NCBI GenBank assembly: GCA_964538855.1
Contig: CAZIEY010000001.1
Span: forward strand, 314,188-378,187
Source: an uncultured Candidatus Saccharibacteria bacterium
GTDB lineage: Bacteria; Patescibacteriota; Minisyncoccia; Phycocordibacterales; JAACPR01
DNA length: 64,000 nt
Reading direction: 5' to 3'
Part shown: positions 37,974 to 48,800 of the stretch, piece after piece
How positions within the stretch are numbered: position 1 is the first letter of the stretch
How the letters are laid out: every line of letters starts with the position of its first letter
Notes under the pieces: model-generated
What the model saw: the letters and a program-made list of their open reading frames with translations, nothing else
The model's database searches: none
Told to the model about the DNA's origin: nothing
Made by a program: the position numbers and the translations under genes

Positions 37974-38399
37974 ATGGCTAAAAAAATTCAAAAAGTAATT
38001 AAAGTTCAAGCGATTGGCGGGCGCGCAACGCCAGCTCCACCACTAGGTCCTGCACTCGGTCAGGCCGGTGTTAACATTGGTGAATTCGTCAAGATTTTCA
38101 ACGATGCTACTCGCGACCGTATGGGTGAAATCGTTCCAACAATCGTAACAGTATTCGAGGATCGAACATTCAAACTCGCATACAAACAAGCCCCCGCGTC
38201 TCGGATGATTCTCAAGGAGCTTGGTTTGGAAAAAGGCTCAAGCACTAATGCCACAAAGAAAGTCGGCAAAATCACAAAGGCTCAAATCCGCAAAATCGCA
38301 GAACAAAAAATGGTTGACCTTTCAGCAGCTTCTGTCGAAACAGCAATGAAGACAATCGAAGGAACTTGCCGATCTATGGGTATTGAAGTGAAGGGGTAG
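37974..38399 (+). CDS. rplK: 50S ribosomal protein L11
   Basis: ATPAPPLGPALGQAGVNI and GTCRSMGI motifs. Confidence 0.97.
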   Translation: MAKKIQKVIKVQAIGGRATPAPPLGPALGQAGVNIGEFVKIFNDATRDRMGEIVPTIVTVFEDRTFKLAYKQAPASRMILKELGLEKGSSTNATKKVGKITKAQIRKIAEQKMVDLSAASVETAMKTIEGTCRSMGIEVKG

Positions 38400-38406
38400 T
38401 AGTGTT

Positions 38407-38526
38407 AAAAAATAAAAGAGTTAAAATTTTGAAAGTCTGGTTGAGCATCAACACAAAACGCACATTCATTTCTAAACGTGTGTGATGCGACCCGAGGACT
38501 TCAAAATTTTAACTCTTTTATTTTTT
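38407..38526. repeat. Hairpin element copy 2 (core at 38435-38499 inside 27-bp inverted arms)
   Basis: AAAAAATAAAAGAGTTAAAATTTTGAA ... TTCAAAATTTTAACTCTTTTATTTTTT flanking the shared core. Confidence 0.85.
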
Positions 38527-38560
38527 GCTATACTATACCCATTACTACTTAATTAATTTT

Positions 38561-39085
38561 ATGAGAAAAATAGCCGATATATCAGCGTTTGTATTTATTT
38601 GTGCGATGGCAATATTGAGCATTGTTGCGATTTTTGGTGTGTGGGACGTGTTTGCGCAGGATGTTATTGAAAAGTCTTTCAAAACAATGGGACTTCTCGC
38701 ATTCTTTTCAGTCGTGATCTTGATTGCAGAAAAATTCGTTGCAGTCGATGAGACAGAATCGGCGGGCGGTGCACCTCACGATGTGACATTGTTTACAACG
38801 ACTCGTTTGACGACTGTAGTCGTGTTGATTATTTCCGCTGCAGTGCTCGCGTTTTTAGGGGTACTCTCTATCTGGGAGGTGTTTTCTTCAGAAGTCGTGT
38901 GGAAGAGTGTTACGTCGCTTGGAATTGTTGCCTTTTCTTCTGCGATTATCTCTGCGCTTTGTCTCAAGCGTGAAAATCATCCAATGCTAAAGAATGGTGC
39001 ATTCAAAATGTCTGGTCCTACTGCTTTCGTTGCGCTCGTCGTGTTTGTGTGGATTGCAGTAGCCTTTATCGGTATGTTGTTCTAG
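38561..39085 (+). CDS. Membrane protein with internal duplication
   Basis: Two repeats: GVWDVF..DVI.KS..T.G and SIWEVF..EVV.KS..S.G. Confidence 0.75.
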   Translation: MRKIADISAFVFICAMAILSIVAIFGVWDVFAQDVIEKSFKTMGLLAFFSVVILIAEKFVAVDETESAGGAPHDVTLFTTTRLTTVVVLIISAAVLAFLGVLSIWEVFSSEVVWKSVTSLGIVAFSSAIISALCLKRENHPMLKNGAFKMSGPTAFVALVVFVWIAVAFIGMLF

Positions 39086-39087
39086 GG

Positions 39088-39591
39088 TTACCTTTCTAGC
39101 ACCACAAACTCATATGCAAAATTATCGTCTTTCGACATGCGTCGGGAGACGATTTTGCTAAAACGCGATTCATATTCTGGGAAAGTGACTGATCCTGCGA
39201 TGTCTGTATTAACGAGCGTTAGGTATAGACGATCGGCGAAGGGAAGTCCGGCCGTATAAATTTGTCCGCCACCGATGATGAAGATTTCACCAGAATCAAT
39301 TTTTGATCCCCATGCAATCGCTTCTTCGATAGAGTGGGCAATAATGACACCTTCTGGTGCGTTGTAATCTTCCTGTCGCGTGACCACGATGTGCGTGCGA
39401 CCTGGCAATAATTTCCCGCCAAATTCCTCGAATGTGGTGCGACCCATGATCATCGGGTGACCCATAGTTGTTTCCTTGAAATGTTTGAAATCCTCAGGAA
39501 TATGCCACGGTAAATGCCCGCCTTCTTTGCCGATGACACGGCTCGTGCGGCCAATTGCGGCGATGAGGCTGATTCGTGGATTGTTTGACAT
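39088..39591 (-). CDS. folA: Dihydrofolate reductase
   Basis: LPWHIPED.KHFK..T, MGR.T, LPGR and IIGGGQIY motifs. Confidence 0.96.
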   Translation of the reverse strand: MSNNPRISLIAAIGRTSRVIGKEGGHLPWHIPEDFKHFKETTMGHPMIMGRTTFEEFGGKLLPGRTHIVVTRQEDYNAPEGVIIAHSIEEAIAWGSKIDSGEIFIIGGGQIYTAGLPFADRLYLTLVNTDIAGSVTFPEYESRFSKIVSRRMSKDDNFAYEFVVLER

Positions 39592-39592
39592 G

Positions 39593-40267
39593 CTAATTTC
39601 TAATTTCCCAGTCCTTATCAAGTCTAGGCAACATCATAGTAGGATTCCAAGCCTTTTTCATTTCTTTCAAGTTAGTCGTCGAATTATATTTACCTGATTT
39701 ATTATAATCGTTACTGATGATTTCTCCTGTCTCAAAGAAAATAATCTGAGCGATACGACGTCCGACTACAAGGGGGATAGTGTAACTTTTAGAGTTATTG
39801 GTAATTTCCATTGTCCATCGATTTACATAACCGACATCGCCCCATCCGGCACATTTACAGACTTCGATAAAACTACGACCGAGAGATGAGCGAGCTTTCA
39901 TCATAGTCGTGATGTGATCCTTGCCCCCGATAAATTCGTTGGTGTGAGCGAGAATTGTTTCACCAGGTTCGAGCAAAATAACCTTGTCAGTCGGCTTCAT
40001 GTTTTTAAATTCAAAATTGAAGTTTTGAAATGCCTCCTTTGCGGTCATTGCTCTGTGGAATTTTGTACCCCAAACACGATCGATGTGATTTTTGTCCCAG
40101 ATGTTATAAATTTTATTGTGATATTTATCAGGAATCTGCTCGCGGAAATAATATTCTCCGAGTGTTACATCGTAACTTGAGGTCGCGAGGTTTCTCCTGT
40201 TAAAAGGTTCAATAATAATTTCTCCCTTTTTCTTCGCTTCTAGAATTTTTTTATCAGATAGTGCCAT
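39593..40267 (-). CDS. dcd: dCTP deaminase
   Basis: LSD..I, SYDVTLG, ARSSLGR, TMEI.N and IAQIIF motifs. Confidence 0.9.
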   Translation of the reverse strand: MALSDKKILEAKKKGEIIIEPFNRRNLATSSYDVTLGEYYFREQIPDKYHNKIYNIWDKNHIDRVWGTKFHRAMTAKEAFQNFNFEFKNMKPTDKVILLEPGETILAHTNEFIGGKDHITTMMKARSSLGRSFIEVCKCAGWGDVGYVNRWTMEITNNSKSYTIPLVVGRRIAQIIFFETGEIISNDYNKSGKYNSTTNLKEMKKAWNPTMMLPRLDKDWEIRN

Positions 40268-40304
40268 ATGAGCATTGTACATTTTTCAACAACTCGCGCA
40301 ACCT

Positions 40305-41222
40305 CTAAACGGCAATTGGGGCCTTGATTGTGGGGTGAGGGTCATATCCAACGAGTTTAAAATCTTCTGAAGTAAACGCGAATAGGTCAGTAACTTGTGG
40401 ATTAATAACGAGTTTTGGTAGTGTTTTGAAATCTCGCGACAACTGCTCCTTAACTTGTTCGTAGTGATTTTGATATATATGTACATCACCACCAGTCCAT
40501 ATAAATTCATCGGCTTCAAGTCCAGCGATCTGTGCCACCATCATAAGGAGAAGGGAGTACGATGCGATGTTGAAAGGTACTCCTAAAAATGTGTCGCAGG
40601 ATCTCTGGTAGAGTTGGAGTGATAATTTTTTGTTGTAAACCTTGAATTGGAAAAGACAGTGACATGGCGGCAATCCGGCTTTTGCCATTTCATCAATTTG
40701 TGCTGGGTTCCATGCAGATACAATGATACGCCGACTGTCCGGAGAATTTTTAAGTTGATCGATTACATTTTGCAATTGGTCAATTTTCTTTCCGTCTGGA
40801 GTTGGCCACGATCGCCATTGAAATCCATACACAGGTCCGAGATCGCCCCACTTTTTATTGAAGGCTTCGTCTGATATTATTTTTTCGGTAAACGTTTTTA
40901 GTTGTACATTCCATTCGTCGCTATTTGTTTTTGGAATCGGAAGATTTTCTGCTTTTAGATACCATTTGAAAGGCCACTCATCCCAGATGTGCACGTTTTT
41001 TTCGAGAAGTGATTTAAGTTTCGTGTCGCCCTTGATGAACCATAGCAATTCCTCGAGGATGATGCGGAAAGGAATTTTCTTGGTAGTGAGGAGAGGGAAG
41101 CCATCTTTCATCTTGAAACGCATCTGATATCCGAACACAGATTTTGTGCCGGTGCCAGTCCGGTCTGTGGTAACTTCACCAGTTTCCATTATGTGGCGCA
41201 ATAAATCGTGGTATTGTCTCAT
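40305..41222 (-). CDS. thyA: Thymidylate synthase
   Basis: DRTGTGT, LGPVYG.QWR, LPPCH and [16 protein letters not shown] motifs. Confidence 0.98.
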   Translation of the reverse strand: MRQYHDLLRHIMETGEVTTDRTGTGTKSVFGYQMRFKMKDGFPLLTTKKIPFRIILEELLWFIKGDTKLKSLLEKNVHIWDEWPFKWYLKAENLPIPKTNSDEWNVQLKTFTEKIISDEAFNKKWGDLGPVYGFQWRSWPTPDGKKIDQLQNVIDQLKNSPDSRRIIVSAWNPAQIDEMAKAGLPPCHCLFQFKVYNKKLSLQLYQRSCDTFLGVPFNIASYSLLLMMVAQIAGLEADEFIWTGGDVHIYQNHYEQVKEQLSRDFKTLPKLVINPQVTDLFAFTSEDFKLVGYDPHPTIKAPIAV

Positions 41223-41308
41223 ATTGTTTTTTTGGGTTTATAATTCTCCACTGAAGTATAACAAAATCAAGGTATGGAGTGCATCTATTTTGTGGTACCA
41301 TATTTTGT

Positions 41309-42508
41309 ATGAAAGACATCAAAATTGCTGCCCTTATAAAGAAAGAAGCTGCGCGCCAGAAAAAAGCGATTAACCTTATCCCATCAGAAAATTATTGTTC
41401 GCGTGATTGTTTGGACGCGCTTGGGTCTGTGTTTGATAATAAATATGCCGAAGGGTATCCACGTGCCAGATATTACGGCGGTCAGGAATTTACGGACGAA
41501 GTAGAAGAGTTGTGTCAGGCTCGCGCGTTGAAATTGTTTGGGCTTGGTGCGAATGAGTGGCATATGAACGTGCAGCCGTGGAGCGGGGCGAATGCGAATC
41601 TCGCGGTGTATCTCGGGCTTGTGCCAATCGGCGGCAAAATCATGGGACTCGAATTGTCGTCAGGAGGGCACTTGTCGCATGGCCAGAAGGTCTCCATCAC
41701 AGGCAAAGCTTGGGCTCGTGTCCCATACACAGTTAATGCGCAGACAGAATTGCTCGATTACGAAGAGCTCATGAAAATTGCTATGACTGAAAAACCAGCG
41801 CTCATCGTGTGCGGATTTACGGCGTATCCACGTATTGTTGATTGGAAAAAGTTCCGTGAAATCGCAGATGCATGTGGAGCAATTTTGATGGCAGACATGT
41901 CACACATCGCAGGTCTCATTGCAGGTGGCGCGTATCCTTCACCATTTCCATTTGTTGATGTTGCAACCACGACAACGCACAAAACTCTGCGAGGTCCACG
42001 CGCCGCGATGATCTTCACAAAGATTGACGCACGAGAGTTCCACAAAAAAGTAGACAAGGCTCTTTTCCCGGGCTTGCAAGGTGGCCCGCACATGAGCCAA
42101 ATCGCGGCAGTCGCTGTCGCACTCGGCGAGGCGCTTTCTCCAAAATTTAAATCCTACGCAAGACAGGTAGTAAAAAATGCACAGGCGCTCGCGAGCGAAT
42201 TAGGCAAACTAGGTTGGAGAATCGTCTCTGGTGGAACAGACTCGCATTTGATTTTGGTTGATACTTGGATGGGTGGTGTGCGCGACGCAAATGGTCGTGG
42301 TGGCATGCCCGGCAAAGACGCCGAAGCACTTCTCGAAAAAGCCGGTATTATTTGTAACAAAAATACTATTCCAGGAGAAACTCGCAGTGCGTTCGATCCA
42401 TCAGGAATTCGCCTCGGAAGCCCAGCTGAAACCACTCGTGGTGCAAAAGAAAAACAATTCCGCGCGATTGCACAGAAGATCGACAAGGTGTTACGAAATG
42501 TAAAATAA
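41309..42508 (+). CDS. glyA: Serine hydroxymethyltransferase
   Basis: LIPSEN, NKYAEGYP..RYYGG, TTTTHKTLRGPR and FPGLQGGP motifs. Confidence 0.98.
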   Translation: MKDIKIAALIKKEAARQKKAINLIPSENYCSRDCLDALGSVFDNKYAEGYPRARYYGGQEFTDEVEELCQARALKLFGLGANEWHMNVQPWSGANANLAVYLGLVPIGGKIMGLELSSGGHLSHGQKVSITGKAWARVPYTVNAQTELLDYEELMKIAMTEKPALIVCGFTAYPRIVDWKKFREIADACGAILMADMSHIAGLIAGGAYPSPFPFVDVATTTTHKTLRGPRAAMIFTKIDAREFHKKVDKALFPGLQGGPHMSQIAAVAVALGEALSPKFKSYARQVVKNAQALASELGKLGWRIVSGGTDSHLILVDTWMGGVRDANGRGGMPGKDAEALLEKAGIICNKNTIPGETRSAFDPSGIRLGSPAETTRGAKEKQFRAIAQKIDKVLRNVK

Positions 42509-42513
42509 AAAAT

Positions 42514-43191
42514 ATGAAAAAACGCGGACTATTTATTGTTGTCGAGGGAACAGATGGATCTGGAAAGGGGACGCAAGTTCGGCTATTGGTCGACAAATTA
42601 GTTGCAGAAGGACGCGCCGTTGAAATGTTGGATTTTCCTCAGTATGAATTGCCGTCATCTTTTTTTGTACAGAAATATTTGCGTGGTGAATATGGGACTG
42701 CCGAAGAAGTCGGAGCACAACGCGCTTCTATTTTTTACGCACTTGATCGGTATGATAAATCGTTCGATGTAAAGCGCTTTCTTAAAGAAGGTAAGATCGT
42801 TATCAGTAATCGGTATGTGTCTGCGAACATGGGCCATCAGACAGCCAACATAAAAGGCAAGTCAAAAAGAGATGAGTTTTTGAAATGGCTTCATGATTTG
42901 GAATATAAATTATTTGGAATTCCACAACCAGATGCGACCATTTTTCTCCATGTAGAACCAGAAATCGCGCAACAGATGGTGGACAAAAAAATTCCGCGCG
43001 CTTACATTAGGGGACAAAAGCGCGATCTCCTCGAGGCGGATTTGGATCACCTTACAAAGGCTTCTGAAGCTTACAAATATGTGGCCAAAAAATATAAGTG
43101 GAAAACTATTGAGTGCGTGAAGGGTGACACGATGCTCCCGATCGAAGAAATCCATCAAAAAATTTACGGTGTGGTCAAGAAGCTAATGTAA
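42514..43191 (+). CDS. tmk: Thymidylate kinase
   Basis: EGTDGSGKGTQ, FPQY, YALDR and NRY motifs. Confidence 0.93.
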   Translation: MKKRGLFIVVEGTDGSGKGTQVRLLVDKLVAEGRAVEMLDFPQYELPSSFFVQKYLRGEYGTAEEVGAQRASIFYALDRYDKSFDVKRFLKEGKIVISNRYVSANMGHQTANIKGKSKRDEFLKWLHDLEYKLFGIPQPDATIFLHVEPEIAQQMVDKKIPRAYIRGQKRDLLEADLDHLTKASEAYKYVAKKYKWKTIECVKGDTMLPIEEIHQKIYGVVKKLM

Positions 43192-43216
43192 TTATTTTTT
43201 GCTATAATTTCACAGT

Positions 43217-43639
43217 ATGAAATTAAAGATCAAAAAGATGAATCCTGCCGCGGTTATTCCCAAATATGCGTATGCTGACGATGCGGCTTTTGATTTGTTT
43301 TCTATTGAAACCATTACGATTGAACCAGGCGCGCGGGTTCAAATACCGACTGGGATCGCTATGCAGATTCCTACTGGTCATGTGGGAATGATTTGGGACA
43401 AGAGTGGTCTTTCACATAATTTCGGTTTGAAAGTGATGGGCGGAGTGATTGATTCCGGATATCGCGGGGAAATCAAGGTCGGCATGATCAACCTCAGTAC
43501 CGAGCCATATACCGTAGAAAAGGGGCACAAGATTACTCAGATGGTCATTCAGCAGAAAGAGACTTGTGAAATTGAAGAAGTGTCAGAGCTCGAAGATAGT
43601 CACCGCGGTACGTCTGGTTTTGGAAGTTCTGGAAAATAA
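43217..43639 (+). CDS. dut: dUTPase
   Basis: AAFDL, KSGLS, GVIDSGYRGE and RG..GFGSSG motifs. Confidence 0.96.
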   Translation: MKLKIKKMNPAAVIPKYAYADDAAFDLFSIETITIEPGARVQIPTGIAMQIPTGHVGMIWDKSGLSHNFGLKVMGGVIDSGYRGEIKVGMINLSTEPYTVEKGHKITQMVIQQKETCEIEEVSELEDSHRGTSGFGSSGK

Positions 43640-43640
43640 A

Positions 43641-45377
43641 ATGATTGAAATCGAAAAGAAGATCAGAAAAATAATCGAAGCAGCATTTGAAGGGACTGAA
43701 ATCAGCCTAGTTGATTTTATTGTGGAACACCCAGCGGAACTTTCGCATGGAGATTATTCGACAAACGTGGCGCTAGTCGTCGCAAAACAGTTGAAGGCAA
43801 AACCAACTGACGTTGCGAAATTGCTCGTTGAAAAAATGAGCAAGACTTTGCCGCCAGAAATTACCGCGATTTCTTTTGCAGGTCCGGGCTTCATCAATTT
43901 TTCGCTCGCGCCAGATTTTTTTAGAAAAAGCCTCGCGGAAATTCTTGATCAAGAAGAATCGTTCGGGAAAAACAAAAATCTCGCAGGTAAAAAAGTTGTG
44001 ATTGAATACACCGATCCGAATCCATTCAAGGTTTTTCATATTGGACATCTCATGGCAAACACAGTCGGAGAAATTATGTCACGTCTGCTCGACTGGAGTG
44101 GTGCGCATGTGACACGCGTGTGTTATCAGGGTGACGTTGGTTTGCACATTGCAAAATCGTTGTGGGGTGTACTTAAAACTATTGATACATTTCCAGCGGA
44201 AACGGCGCCTTTGTCAGTAAAGACAAAATATTTAGGCGATGCATACGTACTCGGTTCTACACAATATGAAAACGATGTAACCGCAAAATCAGAAATCGAA
44301 ATTATCAACAAAAAAGTGTATGATTTTTTTGATGAAAAAGTAACCACTGATCCTGAATTGGAACGTCTCTACGAAATCGGCAAAAAATGGAGTATGCAAC
44401 ATTTCGATGAAATTTATGCAAAGCTCGGAACACACTTCAATCATTTTGTTGGAGAAAGTTCTGTTGCTGGTGCCGCGCTTGAAATTGTTCGCAAAAATGT
44501 TGGACCTGTTTTTGAAGAGAGTAACGGCGCGATTGTGTATAAAGGTGAACAAGATGGTCTGCATACGCGTGTGTTTATCAATAGCCTTGGTTTGCCGACA
44601 TATGATGCAAAAGAAATCGGACTTGCGTTTCGTAAAGAAAAGCTCGGGTCTTTTGATACATCGATTGTCATTACTGCATCTGAACAACAAGAATATTTCA
44701 AGGTGGTGATGGCTGCACTTGCAAAAATCGAACCTAAAATTGCAGCAAAAACTCAACACATCACCCACGGTATGATGCAATTTGCCGATGGAAAGATGTC
44801 ATCTCGAAAAGGGAATATAATCAGCGGCGATGGATTGCTCGATGAATTGGCGGATGTGGTTGGTGAAAAAGTCGCTGATCGAAGTTTTGAAATTGCTGAG
44901 GCTGATGAAATCAAAACGATGATTGCAGTGGCGGCTCTCAAATATTCGGTGCTCAAACAATCACCCGGAAAGAATATTATTTTTGATCGCGACAAGGCAC
45001 TTTCATTTGAGGGGGATTCCGGTCCTTACATTCAATATTCATGTGTGCGCGCGAAATCGGTGCTCGAAAAAGCTCACGATAGAAAACTGATACCGAATCC
45101 GCACAAATTGCCAGATGGATGGGTGACACGACCGCTTGAGAAAATGTTGTATCGATTTCCAGAATTGGTCGAGAAAGCTCTCACCGAGGTTGCCCCTCAA
45201 AATATTGTGACATATGTGACGCACATCGCGAGCGAGTTCAATAGTTTTTATGCAAACGAACAAGTCATGGATGGTACTGCCGCCGAAGGGTATCGCCTCG
45301 CCATTGTACGCGCCACATTAACCGTCATGGCAAATTGTCTCGCGATTATGGGTGTGCGTATTCCAAAGAGGATGTAA
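43641..45377 (+). CDS. argS: Arginyl-tRNA synthetase
   Basis: GDYSTN, PN..K.FHIGH, KMSSRKG and GDSGPYIQY motifs. Confidence 0.97.
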   Translation: MIEIEKKIRKIIEAAFEGTEISLVDFIVEHPAELSHGDYSTNVALVVAKQLKAKPTDVAKLLVEKMSKTLPPEITAISFAGPGFINFSLAPDFFRKSLAEILDQEESFGKNKNLAGKKVVIEYTDPNPFKVFHIGHLMANTVGEIMSRLLDWSGAHVTRVCYQGDVGLHIAKSLWGVLKTIDTFPAETAPLSVKTKYLGDAYVLGSTQYENDVTAKSEIEIINKKVYDFFDEKVTTDPELERLYEIGKKWSMQHFDEIYAKLGTHFNHFVGESSVAGAALEIVRKNVGPVFEESNGAIVYKGEQDGLHTRVFINSLGLPTYDAKEIGLAFRKEKLGSFDTSIVITASEQQEYFKVVMAALAKIEPKIAAKTQHITHGMMQFADGKMSSRKGNIISGDGLLDELADVVGEKVADRSFEIAEADEIKTMIAVAALKYSVLKQSPGKNIIFDRDKALSFEGDSGPYIQYSCVRAKSVLEKAHDRKLIPNPHKLPDGWVTRPLEKMLYRFPELVEKALTEVAPQNIVTYVTHIASEFNSFYANEQVMDGTAAEGYRLAIVRATLTVMANCLAIMGVRIPKRM

Positions 45378-45428
45378 AACAAAAGCGCGTGTGGTGCGCG
45401 CTCTGGTCGAGTGGATTTTTATCTCACT

Positions 45429-45755
45429 CTACAATTTCTTTATAGTTCTCTCCATCAACCGCCACACACCATACAGTATGCCAAGAGCAAATACCACAAG
45501 TCCGCTCAGACATACCGCGACGCCGATTCTCTCTGGTAAGTGCGGTGAAATTAGGGCGGCAGCTATTCCTAGACTCATCGGCGTTTGAGCCTCGGGCATC
45601 ATGATGCCAAAGACCAGGACATGTAGCGCAATGAACATTAAGAAGAGTATCACTGGCCAGTCAGTATCATCCATGGGGATGAACTTTCGAGCGAGTAATA
45701 TTCCAGCCATGGCAACGATTACACTCGCAACGATCTTTGATTTGTTTTTCATCAC
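45429..45755 (-). CDS. Small 4-TM hypothetical protein
   Basis: Hydrophobic ORF with SD TAGGAG, lying opposite to its neighbours. Confidence 0.55.
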   Translation of the reverse strand: MMKNKSKIVASVIVAMAGILLARKFIPMDDTDWPVILFLMFIALHVLVFGIMMPEAQTPMSLGIAAALISPHLPERIGVAVCLSGLVVFALGILYGVWRLMERTIKKL

Positions 45756-45874
45756 ATTCTCCTAAAACGGGTTTCGGTTGGGTTGGTCTAATGGAGAGTT
45801 TATACTTTTTTGTATTATTTGCAATACAGGTAAAAGCTCTTTAAAATTTCTAAAAAAATGCTAATATCATACCC

Positions 45875-48800
45875 ATGAAGCAAAAAAATGAACAGGCTTT
45901 GAAGAAGCCTGAAAACGGTCCTGATATGACCGGTCAGAAACACTCTGAGAATCGCGGAAAAAGCGAAATAGCATTATTAGAAGAAAACGTATTAAAATTT
46001 TGGCAGGATAGTGATATTTTTAAAAAGTCAGTCGAGCGCGATGCACCTCGAGGTGAATTCGTCTTTTATGATGGGCCTCCGTTTGCGACTGGTGTGCCAC
46101 ACTACGGTCACATTTTGGCCGGAATTTTGAAAGATGCAATTCCACGATATCAAACCATGCGCGGTCATCGCGTCGAGCGTCGCTGGGGTTGGGACTGTCA
46201 CGGCTTGCCGATCGAAAAATTGGTGCAAGACGAACAAAAGTTGAATACGAAAAAAGATATTGAAAACTTCGGTATCAAAAATTTCAATGCCGCCGCAAAA
46301 GCGACAGTTTTCCGCTACGACAAAGAATGGAAGGAAGTCATTCCGCGCACTGGTCGATGGGTCGACATGGAAAACAGCTACACAACTATGGACGCCTCTT
46401 TCTCCGAATCTGTTATGTGGGCTTTCAAAAATTTGTACGACAAGGGCTTGGTCTACGAAGATTTCAAAACGATGCACATTTCGCCGCCGCTTGAAACTCC
46501 ACTTTCAAACTTTGAAGTAAATCAAAATTACAAAGACATTACGGATATTTCTGTGTATGTGAAATTCGAACTCAAGGACGAGCCGAATACATTTGTGATT
46601 GCGTGGACGACAACACCGTGGACTCTGCCAGGGAACGTGGCGCTCGCGGTTGGAGCAGAGATTGAATATGTGGAAGTAAAATATAATTTCAAAGATGTGG
46701 GCGAACAAAATTACATTGTCGCAAAAGATCGTCTTGCACACGTATTTAAAAACAAAGAATACAGTATTGTTGCAGAATTAAAAGGCACCGACCTCGTTGG
46801 AAAATCATACAAACCCGTCTTTGATTATTATGCAAAAAATCAGACACTTGAAAATCGTGAAAACGGTTGGAAGATTTACGCTGCAGATTTCGTCACGACG
46901 ACTGATGGTTCTGGCGTGGTACATATTGCGCCTGCATTCGGTGAAGATGACTTGAATTTGGGCAAGGCAAATAACTTGCCATTCATACAGCACGTAAACA
47001 TTGACGGTACGATCAAAGCCGAAGTGACTGATTTTGCTGGTCGCCAAGCGAAACCAAAAGCAACTAAAGAAAATCCGAATGCTCATCAAGAGACCGACAT
47101 TGAAGTTGTGAAATATCTCGCGCATCACAGCTCATTATTTGAGAAAGAAAAGTTCACTCACTCATATCCACATTGTTGGAGAACTGATGCGCCACTTTTG
47201 AATTACGCGTTGTCGTCATGGTTTGTTCGTGTGACTGATTTCCGCGACAAGATGGTTAAATTAAATGCAAAAGTAAAGTGGGTTCCCGAAGCAGTGGGGG
47301 AGAAGCGCTTTGGAAATTGGCTCGAAAATATAAAAGACTGGGGAATTTCACGTTCTCGATTTTGGGGAACTCCGATTCCAGTTTGGCAGTCAGAGGACAA
47401 AACCGAGACTGCTGTACTTGGGTCGCTCGAAGAAATTCGTGAAAAAACTCGCGGCACAAATACTTATTTTGTGATGCGTCATGGCGAGGCAGAGCACAAC
47501 ATCAAGCACGTATTGAATTCTGATAATTCTACACCGAGCCACTTGACTGAAAACGGAAAAAATAAAGTACTCAAAACTGCCGAGAATCTGAAGTCGAAAA
47601 AAATCGATCTTATTATTGCGTCGCCCCTCATTCGTACGAAAGAAACCGCTGAATTGGTTGCCGGAGTATGCGGCATTTCCAAAGACTCGATCCTTTATGA
47701 CGATCGAATCCAAGAAGTGCAGGGAGGTACAATGAATGGCTCAACTTCGGAACAGTATGCGAAGTTATTTCCGAATGTAATTGATAAATTTACGGTTACA
47801 CCAGAAGGAGGTGAAAATATATCTGACGTAAAAAAACGCGCTGGGGATTTCATATATGAAATCGATAGGAAATATCAGGGTAAAACTATACTCGTAGTTA
47901 CGCATGAATACGTGATGTGGATGCTCGATTCGGTGCGTCTCGGTTTGACTAATAAAAACGCGTCTCTTCTCAAGGAAAAAAGTGTTGATTATGTCCCAAC
48001 ATCTCACTTGGTGCAATTTGATTTTGCGCCGATTCCGCATAACGACGATTATGAATTGGATTTTCACCGACCATTTATCGACGACGTGACGTTTATGCAG
48101 GCCGGTAAAAAGATGACGCGCATCAAGGATGTCTTCGATACGTGGTTTGATTCTGGTTCAATGCCATTTGCGATTAATCACTATCCGTTCAAAAAGGATG
48201 CGTTTAATCCGGGCGGTCTTTTGACCAAGAGCAAGGGTTTTCCTGCGGATTTTATTGCCGAAGGTCTCGATCAGACGCGCGGATGGTTTTATACATTACT
48301 CGCGCTCAATACTGCGCTCTTTGGAAAAGCCCCATATAAAAACGTGGTGGTGAATGGACTCGTGCTTGCCGAAGATGGCCGCAAAATGTCAAAGCGTCTT
48401 AAAAATTATCCGGATGTAGATGTGGTGCTTAATAAATATGGTGCGGATGCCTTGCGTTACTACATGATTTCGTCGCCAATTGTGCGATCAGAGCCACTTA
48501 ATTTTTCGGAGAAGGGTATCGATGAAGTTGTTAAAAAAATCACCAATCGCCTCCTCAACGTCGTTTCGTTCTACAAAATGTATGGAGCAGAGGAACATGC
48601 GGAAAGCGATGTTCGACCAGGCGGAGATAATCCACTCGATAATTGGATCTTGAATCGCCTTTCAGAGGTTGCTGAAGCTATGACAAAGGGGATGGATCAG
48701 TACGAATTAGATCGCGCATCTCGTCCAATTTTTGATTTCGTCGATGATTTGTCAACGTGGTATGTGCGTCGCTCCCGTGATCGTTTCAAGGATGCGGATA

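Noticed and set aside
43566-43640. Extended argS start overlapping dut
   Set aside because: ATG 43641 directly follows the dut stop and gives a normal ArgRS N-terminus
47455-48030. Intein in ileS
   Set aside because: No C/S start, HN-C/S/T end or LAGLIDADG motif; the insert has histidine-phosphatase motifs
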